DNA from: a virus
Lineage: Duplodnaviria > Caudoviricetes
DNA length: 51,186 bases
Reading direction: 5' to 3' (one strand)
IMG/VR virus record: IMGVR_UViG_3300002461_000224
Coordinates: 1 to 51,186 of that record
Below are positions 44,099 to 51,186 of this stretch, piece by piece. The translations under genes were made by a program, and so were the position numbers. The notes under the pieces are model-generated. The model had not been told where the DNA came from, did no database searches, and worked only from the letters and a program-made list of their open reading frames with translations. Position 1 is the stretch's first letter, and each line of letters begins with the position of its first letter.

Positions 44099-46139
44099 CG
44101 ACATCTTCGCCCGCTACTCGCGCGGGGCCAGCAAGCCGAAGGAGGAGGTTGTCGTCGTCCCCAACGACGATATCTTCACGCGGTTTGACCGGCCGGCCGA
44201 GGTGGTTGCGGCGAAAGCGGCACCCAAGGCCGCCCCCAAAGCCGAGCCCCGTGTTGACCTCGGTTCCGGGTTCCAGAACCGGATGGCGAGCAGCGTGCCG
44301 ATCCTTGGGCCTATCTTTGACAAGGCCACGGCGGCGACCGGCGCCGCAGTTGAACCGCTCGTCAGCGAAGAGGCCGCGGGCAAGTCGTTCGGCCAACGCT
44401 ACGGCGAAAACGTCGCCTTGCAGGAGGAAAAGAACCGCCTTTACGGAGAAGAAAACCCCGTGAGGGCGTTTGGCGCCGATGTCCTCGGCTCCGCCATGCT
44501 TTTCGGGCCGATGGGCGCGACGAAATGGGGCTCCCGCGCGCTCGGCATGGTCGGTTCCAGCCTCGGGACGAAGGTGCTGCAAGGTGCCGGCGGGATGGCC
44601 GGAATCGAGACGGCCAACCAACTCCTCAAGGGCAACGATCCCCGAGACCAAGGCTTCACCGGCCCCGTTCCGCTTGCAGCGGCCGGAGGAGCCGCAGGGC
44701 CGATGCTGGGCGAGGCTATTTCCTCTGGCGCCAACAGGCTGTTCAATATGCTGCCGCGCACCAGCGGTCCCCTAAAGGGCACCAACACCATCACCCGCAA
44801 CAGACTGACGGACGCCATCGAGGGCGAAACCGAGGCATCTATCGCGGCGGCCAAGGAAGCACACGGCAAATCCGGCATGTTGATGGATATCAACCAGGGC
44901 ACGCGCGACATCGCGGGCGGGCTGGCCGATATTCCGGGCCCCCACAAGGGCCAAATCCGCGAAACGCTCCGGCAGCGGGGCGCCGGGCAGGCGGATCGGC
45001 TGATGGACTCGCTCAACAAGAACGCTGTGCCGCAGGTTAAGATTGCCGACCTCGTGAAGACGGTCGAAAACTCCCAAAGTGCGGAGGCGGGGCCGCTTTA
45101 CACCCAATTCCGCACCATGCGGGTGGCACCGACCAAGGAAATCAAGGATTTGCTGCCCCGTTTGGAGAAAGCGGGTGCATTCAAGCTGGCCGACGAGCTT
45201 TCCGGCATCAGCGGCCGGCAGATGGAGCAGAATTTCTTCACGGGAGGTCCCAACAAGGCGTTCCCGACCGCCGAGGCATGGGATTACGTCAAGCGCGGCC
45301 TCGATCGGCGCATCAGTTCGGCTCTTGACGGCGGCGACAAGGAGCTTTCCCGCGAATTGGTCAAGCTGAAGTCCGACATGCTGTCCGAAATCGGCAAAAC
45401 CCCGGCCGGCAAGGTCTGGCAAAAGGCCAGGCAGACCTTCGCCGAGCACGCCGAGATCAAGCACCAGATCGAGGAGGGTCAGAAGACCTTCAGCAGGGCC
45501 ACAAGGGCCGATGATTTGGCCCAGGAACTGGCCAACCTAAGCTATCCCGAGCGCGCCGCGCGCCAGCAGGGGGCCAGAGACGCCATCCAGCAGGTGATAG
45601 ACAACAGCCTGAGGGGCGACACGACCGCCCGCAACCTGCTGCTGACCCGCGCAGGCCGCGAAAAGATGGATTTGCTGTTCGGCGACAAGCGGGCAGGCCG
45701 GCTTATCAAGGATCTGGAGGCAGAACTGAACGTCTCCAAGAACACCAACGAGATCGTAGGGGGCAGCCCGACATCCTCAAAGCAGGCGCGGCGCGACGGG
45801 TTGCTGCCGCAGCGCTCGGAACCCGGCTATCTCCGCAATATCGACCTCACCCGCCCGTCCACGCTGATTCCGGACTGGATGACGCCGCAGGCTATGATGG
45901 AGGGGGCAGCCGCGGCACGTCACGGCGCGTCTCATCAGCAATTGGCCGATCTGATGAGGATGCGGACAGATGCGCCCGGATTCGATCATCTAGTGACTGA
46001 GATTCGGAATGAAGGTGCTCGTCAAGCGAGCCGTAATGCTCAGTTTGATCGGGCTGGGCGCGCGACTTCGCTTGCTCTTCAGACCATTGCGCCTGCTGTG
46101 CGGAACAGACTTCTTGAAGGGCCAGACGCTCGTAAATGA
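44082..46139 (+). CDS. DNA ejection/internal virion protein (gp16 position)
   Basis: 685 aa helical; G/A-rich hydrophobic segments; GGSPT. Confidence 0.75.
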   Translation: MSIVSDDIFARYSRGASKPKEEVVVVPNDDIFTRFDRPAEVVAAKAAPKAAPKAEPRVDLGSGFQNRMASSVPILGPIFDKATAATGAAVEPLVSEEAAGKSFGQRYGENVALQEEKNRLYGEENPVRAFGADVLGSAMLFGPMGATKWGSRALGMVGSSLGTKVLQGAGGMAGIETANQLLKGNDPRDQGFTGPVPLAAAGGAAGPMLGEAISSGANRLFNMLPRTSGPLKGTNTITRNRLTDAIEGETEASIAAAKEAHGKSGMLMDINQGTRDIAGGLADIPGPHKGQIRETLRQRGAGQADRLMDSLNKNAVPQVKIADLVKTVENSQSAEAGPLYTQFRTMRVAPTKEIKDLLPRLEKAGAFKLADELSGISGRQMEQNFFTGGPNKAFPTAEAWDYVKRGLDRRISSALDGGDKELSRELVKLKSDMLSEIGKTPAGKVWQKARQTFAEHAEIKHQIEEGQKTFSRATRADDLAQELANLSYPERAARQQGARDAIQQVIDNSLRGDTTARNLLLTRAGREKMDLLFGDKRAGRLIKDLEAELNVSKNTNEIVGGSPTSSKQARRDGLLPQRSEPGYLRNIDLTRPSTLIPDWMTPQAMMEGAAAARHGASHQQLADLMRMRTDAPGFDHLVTEIRNEGARQASRNAQFDRAGRATSLALQTIAPAVRNRLLEGPDARK

Positions 46140-46305
46140 CACGTATCAAGCCGCCCATGACGCCGCCAACGAATATCGCGGTGAATGCGCCGGCCGTTGT
46201 TTGCAGGAAACCAGTCGACGCCATCCACGCAAGGATGCCGAACCCGACCACGTAAGTCAGAACCACCAGCCGGCCGTGCTTCGTAAGTAACGGTTCGCGC
46301 GCCAT
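45892..46305 (-). CDS. Antisense two-TM membrane protein, possible superinfection exclusion
   Basis: Two hydrophobic helices in the intergenic part; 3' end overlaps the ejection gene. Confidence 0.5.
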   Translation of the reverse strand: MAREPLLTKHGRLVVLTYVVGFGILAWMASTGFLQTTAGAFTAIFVGGVMGGLIRVIYERLALQEVCSAQQAQWSEEQAKSRAQPDQTEHYGSLDEHLHSESQSLDDRIRAHLSASSSDRPIADETRRDVPRLPPPS

Positions 46306-46318
46306 TCAGGAAAATTCG

Positions 46319-46411
46319 ATGCTCTCATTCAGGAGCCGCGTTCGCGCGGCGTTCCTCGGCCTTGCTTTGGTCGGATCATACGCCGGTTCGGTTCAGGGCG
46401 GAACCCTGCTC
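46319..46411 (+). pseudogene. Orphaned 5' segment (signal peptide plus TLL) of the tail-fibre gene
   Basis: MLSFRSRVRAAFLGLALVGSYAGSVQGGTLL; AGGA RBS; TLL recurs at 47193-47201. Confidence 0.6.
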
Positions 46412-47107
46412 TCGGGCGGCTCGTTTGTTCCTCCAAGGGGCGCCCGGGCCATTGACGGCATAGAAGTTGGTCGCCTCTTGATACGAAACCCCCAGTCTTT
46501 TGGCTCGGTTCCCGATGCAACTCCCGGATATTCCGAGTTCCCGGCTCGCCTCGGCAACGGTCAGATTGATGCCCTTGATGACCACGCGGCGGTTAAAACT
46601 GCCCCGGTTTCTCTCTTGGGTGTCCCAGTCCGCCCAACGACAATTTCCGGGTTCGTAGTTCCCTTCACTTCGGATTCTATCCAGCGACAGACCTGCGGGA
46701 ACTTCGCCCATGTCGGCGAGGAAATTCTCGAACGACGCCATCCATCGCTCGCAAACGGTAATCCCGCGCGCCCCGTAGAGGCGAAATTCCTTGGTCTTTG
46801 GGTTGTAGCAGCGCTGCTTCATCCCGCTCCAGCAATTGTAGGTCCGCGAATACTGGGTGCGGCTTCGGTGCCCGTGCGTGCCTTTCCACTGGCTGCCCTG
46901 TTCTCGGGCCAAGCAGCCGCACGATTTGGTGTTGCCGCACCGGAGTTTGTTTTCCTCAACAACGGTTTCTCCGCCGCAGGAGCAGCGGCATGAGACGCAA
47001 TAAATCTTGTGCCCGTTCTTTTTCCTCAGCTTTGGATCGGCCTGCCCAATGACTGTCAATCGTTCAAAAACCTCGCCTGGTTGGATTGGCCGCCGTGCCG
47101 TTGACAT
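46376..47107 (-). CDS. HNH-type homing endonuclease, antisense to late genes
   Basis: RLTVI, CRCSCG, TKSCGC, WSGMKQRC, YGARGI, SLDRI...GNYEPGNCRWA; GGAG RBS. Confidence 0.9.
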   Translation of the reverse strand: MSTARRPIQPGEVFERLTVIGQADPKLRKKNGHKIYCVSCRCSCGGETVVEENKLRCGNTKSCGCLAREQGSQWKGTHGHRSRTQYSRTYNCWSGMKQRCYNPKTKEFRLYGARGITVCERWMASFENFLADMGEVPAGLSLDRIRSEGNYEPGNCRWADWDTQERNRGSFNRRVVIKGINLTVAEASRELGISGSCIGNRAKRLGVSYQEATNFYAVNGPGAPWRNKRAAREQGSALNRTGV

Positions 47108-48713
47108 CGCTCGCTCCGCTTGTGTGGGGGGACTATCATGGTTACTGGTTGCTACGATTTTTACAAGCACGAATAACCCTGCAAAATCAGCTACTTTGCT
47201 CCCAAATGGAATGCAGTATTTTGCGGACTCCAACGGGCTCCCGTTGTCCGCTGCCTGCGTCTATTTCCTGATCCCCGGCACGATGAGCCCCAAGGCCACC
47301 TACCAGGATGCCGGCCAGACCATCGCCAACACCAACCCGGTCCAACTGGACGCGGCGGGCCGGGCGATCATTTACGGGACCGGCACCTATCGGCAGATCG
47401 TCAGGGCGTCGAACGGGACCATTACGCCGTGCTCGCCGGCGGGAACCCAGATTTGGGACCAGCTTACCGCCTCGACGGACTCCTCGGCCACGATCTTTGC
47501 TGGCCCCTCGGCCGGGACGCCGAACGCCATCACGGTCAATGCGCCTGCGTTCTCCGGGACCGATGGTCAGGTCATCAACTACATCTCGACCAACACGAAC
47601 ACGGCGGCGGCGACGCTCAATCCTTCCGGGTTTGGGGCGGTGCCGATCGTGCGGGACTCGGCAACCGGGCCCGGGGCGCTGACCGGCGGCGAACTGGTCG
47701 CCACGAATGCCGTTTCCGTCATCTACGACGCCACGGCAGGCACGTTCCACATCCTGTCCCCGGTGACATGGCCGAACACTTCGGGCGTCCCGGTGGGCAC
47801 GACAATCGAGGTGAGCGGCTTCACGGCGCCGACCAACTACGCCTTCGCCTATGGGCAGGAGATTAGCCGCACGACGTACTCCTCCCTGTTCGCGGTCCTG
47901 ACGGCCGGACAGGCCGGGACGATCTCGAGCGGGTCCCCAACCATCACGGGTTTGACCGATACGACGCAGTTCGGCCGCGGCATGCCGGTGGAGAGCGTCG
48001 GCATCAACCCCGGCACCACGATCCTGAGTTGCACGTCGACCACCTGCGACATGAGTTCCAACGCCACGGTCTCGCGCTCGGGGACCATGACGTTCTTTGC
48101 CTATAGCGCGGGCGACGGGTCGACCACGTTCAACCTGCCGGACTACCGCGGCATGGTTCTGGTTGCCCGGGACAATCTCGGCGGCACGGCGGCGAACCGG
48201 GTTCAGGTCACCACGACGCTGACCACCACGGCGACCTCCACGTCGGCAACGGTGGCCTCCGCCACGGGCCTCCAGCTCGGGATGGTCGTCACCAGTGCAA
48301 ACGTGGTGAGCGGCACCACCATCACCGCCATCAGCGGGACCACCCTTACCCTGAGTTCTCCGGCCTCTGGCTCGGCCATCGGTGCCGGGGCGCGGTTCAG
48401 CCCGTTCGCTGACGCCCAGGTTCTCGGCGTCGGCACCGCCGTCATGAGCGGCACCTTGGTCACGGCCAACCTGCCGCCCTATACGCCGGCGGGCACGAAC
48501 ACGGCCGGCGCGGCTTCCTACACGTTCAGTTCGGCGTCGTTCACTCCGGGCGCCAACGCCGTGCAAGGCACCTCCATCAGCGCCGGCGGCGGCACAGCCT
48601 CGCAGTTCACCAACCCGACCTTCGGTGGAACGCCGCAGGGCGGCACCAGCATCCCCTTCAGCGTCATCCAGCCGTCCCGCACCGTCAACCGCGCAATCAA
48701 GTTGGTGCCATGA
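47049..48713 (+). CDS. Tail fibre with tail-collar domain; start uncertain
   Basis: NTNPVQLDAAGRA; GQEISRTTYSSLF; GDGSTTFNLPDYRG; QPS. Confidence 0.88.
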   Translation: MTVNRSKTSPGWIGRRAVDIARSACVGGLSWLLVATIFTSTNNPAKSATLLPNGMQYFADSNGLPLSAACVYFLIPGTMSPKATYQDAGQTIANTNPVQLDAAGRAIIYGTGTYRQIVRASNGTITPCSPAGTQIWDQLTASTDSSATIFAGPSAGTPNAITVNAPAFSGTDGQVINYISTNTNTAAATLNPSGFGAVPIVRDSATGPGALTGGELVATNAVSVIYDATAGTFHILSPVTWPNTSGVPVGTTIEVSGFTAPTNYAFAYGQEISRTTYSSLFAVLTAGQAGTISSGSPTITGLTDTTQFGRGMPVESVGINPGTTILSCTSTTCDMSSNATVSRSGTMTFFAYSAGDGSTTFNLPDYRGMVLVARDNLGGTAANRVQVTTTLTTTATSTSATVASATGLQLGMVVTSANVVSGTTITAISGTTLTLSSPASGSAIGAGARFSPFADAQVLGVGTAVMSGTLVTANLPPYTPAGTNTAGAASYTFSSASFTPGANAVQGTSISAGGGTASQFTNPTFGGTPQGGTSIPFSVIQPSRTVNRAIKLVP

Positions 48714-49555
48714 TGAGAAAACTTCTTGTTGCGGCCCTAGTTTGCTTGCTGGGGGCCACGGCCGCGCACGCCCAGAAAACCAAGGCGGAGATCAGCGCGG
48801 AGATTATCACGCTGTTCCCCGACAATACCGTGGGGGCGATCACGCCGACGGCACTGCGCACGGTGACGAACGACCTCGCCATCTCGATCATGCCGACCGC
48901 GCCGGTGGTTTCCGGGAACCTTGCGTGCTTCAGCGGCACGACCGGGCTGCTGTCGGACTGCGGCCTTGCACCCCCGGCCAGCGCCATCGTCGGCATCAAC
49001 GACACCCAGACCCTGACCAACAAGACCCTGACGTCCCCGACCATCACGGGGGCCACGATCTCGACCTCGGTCCTTGCATCCCCGACCATCACGAGCCCCA
49101 CCATCACCACGGCGCTCACCGCAACCGGGCTGGTGAAGTATTCGGACCTCGCCACCGCGGCGATCGCGACCGCCTCGAACTATTACTCGGCCGCGGCGAA
49201 CACCGTGGTTCCGGCGAGCGTGATCTACCCGAGCGAGGTGACGATTACCTACGGGGCCACGACGACGGTTGATTTCGACACCCTCATCAACGGCGCGGTC
49301 ACCCTTACCGCCAACATCACGACGCTGACGCTCACCAATGTTAGGGCGGGCAAGGCCGGGCAGATCAGGTTCATCCAGTCCGGGGCGGGTTCCTTCACAT
49401 GGCCCGCCGGCGGGAACACCATCCTCAAATATGCCGGCGGCGTGCTGCCGACGCTCACGACCGGATCGGCAACGGCGGTTGACGTGCTGACCTATTCCTG
49501 CAGCAGCGCGACCTTCTGTCTTGCCGCGCTGGCCAAGGACGTCCGCAACCCATGA
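48710..49555 (+). CDS. Signal-peptide-bearing tail fibre-like protein
   Basis: MMRKLLVAALVCLLGATAAHA; TQTLTNKTLTSPTI; PTLTT...VDVL. Confidence 0.8.
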   Translation: MMRKLLVAALVCLLGATAAHAQKTKAEISAEIITLFPDNTVGAITPTALRTVTNDLAISIMPTAPVVSGNLACFSGTTGLLSDCGLAPPASAIVGINDTQTLTNKTLTSPTITGATISTSVLASPTITSPTITTALTATGLVKYSDLATAAIATASNYYSAAANTVVPASVIYPSEVTITYGATTTVDFDTLINGAVTLTANITTLTLTNVRAGKAGQIRFIQSGAGSFTWPAGGNTILKYAGGVLPTLTTGSATAVDVLTYSCSSATFCLAALAKDVRNP

Positions 49556-50466
49556 GCCTGCGCCGGGCGCTGCTGGGAGGCCTCGTAGCGCTTCTGGCGC
49601 TGCCGCTGGGCGCGCGCGCGAACATGCCCGGCACCTACATGCCGGTGCAGGGATCGGTGCTGTCGTGCACCGGCGGCAGCGTCAGCACGACCGGCAATTT
49701 CACGGTCCACACGTTCACGTCCAGTTCCAACCTGGTCTGCGTGGGATCGGGGTCGGTCACCTACCTCCTTGTCGCGGGCGGTGGGGGAGGTGGCGGCGGG
49801 ACGGATTCGGGCGGGGGCGGTGCGGGCGGCGTCATAGCCGGCGGCGAAACACTCGCCGCAGGCACGTTTGCCGTGGTTGTGGGCGCCGGTGGTACGGGCG
49901 GCGACTCGGCGGGCGCCAACTGCACCTCTGGCGGAAACTCGACCTACAACAGCCACACGGCCGGCGGCGGGGGCTGCGGCGGTGCCGTGCTGCTCAACGG
50001 TCTCACGGGCGGCAGTGGCGGCGGTGGCGGCGGGCAGGCGGCCTCGACGGGCGGCGCGGTGAACGGGCTCGGGACGGGCAACTCTGGCGGTCCCGGCGTC
50101 ACCGGCGGCGGCGGGGCTCCGCGCGCGGCGGGCGGCGGCGGTGGCTGCGGCGGCAACGGCGTGACTGGCAGCGGCGCCGGCGGCGGCGGGGGCGGCAATG
50201 GCTGCTCCAACTCAATCACGGGGTCCGCGGTGACCTATGCGGGCGGCGGGGCCGGCGGCAACGAAGGCGTCACCAACTCCAATATCAGCGGCGGCACCGG
50301 TGGCGGTGGCGGTACGGCGGGCGGTGCCGGGGGCGGCGCTGGCGTGGCGGGCACCAATGGTCTCGGCGGAGGCGGCGGCGGGGCAACCCGCAACGGCGGG
50401 GCAGGGAGCTTTGCCGGCGGCAACGGCGGATCCGGTGTCGTGATCGTCAGATATCCAACCCCATAG
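49552..50466 (+). CDS. Signal-peptide-bearing glycine-rich fibre-tip protein
   Basis: MSLRRALLGGLVALLALPLGARA; VHTFTSS; YLLVAGGGGG; GGSGVVIVRY. Confidence 0.85.
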   Translation: MSLRRALLGGLVALLALPLGARANMPGTYMPVQGSVLSCTGGSVSTTGNFTVHTFTSSSNLVCVGSGSVTYLLVAGGGGGGGGTDSGGGGAGGVIAGGETLAAGTFAVVVGAGGTGGDSAGANCTSGGNSTYNSHTAGGGGCGGAVLLNGLTGGSGGGGGGQAASTGGAVNGLGTGNSGGPGVTGGGGAPRAAGGGGGCGGNGVTGSGAGGGGGGNGCSNSITGSAVTYAGGGAGGNEGVTNSNISGGTGGGGGTAGGAGGGAGVAGTNGLGGGGGGATRNGGAGSFAGGNGGSGVVIVRYPTP

Positions 50467-50474
50467 GAGCGATT

Positions 50475-51186
50475 ATGGCGATTCCGTTCGTTGGCTGGTG
50501 CTTCCCCACGGCCAAAGGCTTCCTCGACTACCTGGACGATCTCAAGTTCGGGGCGTGGCGGCCTAAGTTCGTGACGATGCACCACACGGGCGGGCCGGAC
50601 CTCAAGACATGGCAGGCTTGGCAGAAGCGGAATCCGGCGGTGACAGACGAGCAATGGATGAAGAACCTCGCCGGCTATTACGGGAAGTCGAAGGCGCAGG
50701 GCGGCCCGGCCGACGGGCCGTGGAAGTCTGGACCACATTTCTTCTTCACGCCCAACAACTACTGCGTCCTGTCGCCGCCGACGGCGCGCGGCGTGCACGC
50801 GAAATCGTTCAACGCGACGTCATGGGGGGTCGAGTGTTGCGGCAACTTCGACTCCGAGCCCTTCACCGACGCGCTCAAGGACCGCTACGCCGAGGGACTG
50901 GCCTGCCTGCACATCGCGGCCGGGCTCGACCTCGAGCCGTTCTCGCGCGGGCTCCGCGGCCTGCACTTCCACCGGGACGACCCGGCCACGAACAAGACAT
51001 GCCCCGGCAAGAAGGTCGGCAAGGACGCAATGGTCGCCGCCATCCGATCCAAGATGGACGACCTTTCGGACGGATCGCATGAGGACGACGAGCCGCCGCC
51101 AGCGCCGGTCAAGAGCGACCGCTTCGGGATCGTCAACACCAACGATTTGAAAATCAGAACCGACCCCGGCGCGAAATACCCGCCGG
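50475..51186 (+). CDS. Endolysin, N-acetylmuramoyl-L-alanine amidase with start of an SH3b domain (truncated by window end)
   Basis: AGGAG RBS; MHHT, PHFF, GVHAKSFN, GVE, FHRD...KTCPG, VNTNDLKIR. Confidence 0.9.
   Translation, partial: MAIPFVGWCFPTAKGFLDYLDDLKFGAWRPKFVTMHHTGGPDLKTWQAWQKRNPAVTDEQWMKNLAGYYGKSKAQGGPADGPWKSGPHFFFTPNNYCVLSPPTARGVHAKSFNATSWGVECCGNFDSEPFTDALKDRYAEGLACLHIAAGLDLEPFSRGLRGLHFHRDDPATNKTCPGKKVGKDAMVAAIRSKMDDLSDGSHEDDEPPPAPVKSDRFGIVNTNDLKIRTDPGAKYPP

Larger units (their letters stand above)
1..51186. mobile_element. Temperate P22-like tailed phage/prophage segment, probable alphaproteobacterial host; incomplete at both ends
   Basis: Continuous phage gene content: cI/cro switch, ERF/YqaJ recombination, terminase, portal, P22-type coat, tail fibre, endolysin; no host housekeeping genes. 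Confidence 0.96.

Noticed and set aside
46319-46993. 224-aa plus-strand protein as a real full-length gene
   Set aside because: Beyond residue 31 it is the antisense read of the HNH gene
46412-47201. Group I intron
   Set aside because: The ORF is antisense and leaves little room for a catalytic core; no register of the TGCTC junction gives both an exon-terminal U and an intron-terminal G
49780-50430. GGC-rich DNA repeat element
   Set aside because: Explained by glycine codons of the fibre-tip protein
1-51186. tRNA or rRNA genes
   Set aside because: None recognised by eye; the few intergenic gaps lack cloverleaf signatures (tRNAscan-SE not run)

Overview
The whole window is a tailed-phage or prophage genome segment, truncated at both ends, with no integrase, att site or host gene visible. 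The morphogenesis genes are P22/podovirus-like. GcrA-, GapR- and LexA-like genes, a GTTC-N7-GTTC box and high GC point to an alphaproteobacterial (rhizobial-type) host. Layout: (i) 1-13161, leftward early operon with many small accessory genes, a DNA methylase, HNH, DnaQ-like exonuclease, NinB, YqaJ exonuclease and ERF, opening with a repeat-delimited array of small genes that includes an Acb2/Tad1-like protein; (ii) 13197-15149, immunity region bounded by two near-identical, mirror-image promoter/operators that enclose a DUF1376 initiator, a G39P-like gene and a peptidase-less cI; (iii) 15156-25560, rightward early/middle operon (cro, CII-like/GcrA chimera, LexA-like, second methylase, GapR-like, RuvC-like, primase, DnaB, late regulator); (iv) 25616-51186, late genes (terminase, portal, scaffold, coat, gp4/gp10-like, ejection proteins, tail fibres, amidase endolysin). 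Most notable: four fibre/decoration-type proteins with export signal peptides and even numbers of paired cysteines; a tail-fibre 5' end split by an antisense HNH gene; the repeat-delimited early cassette array; and replication genes inside the immunity region. All family assignments are from motif recognition by eye; no searches were run.
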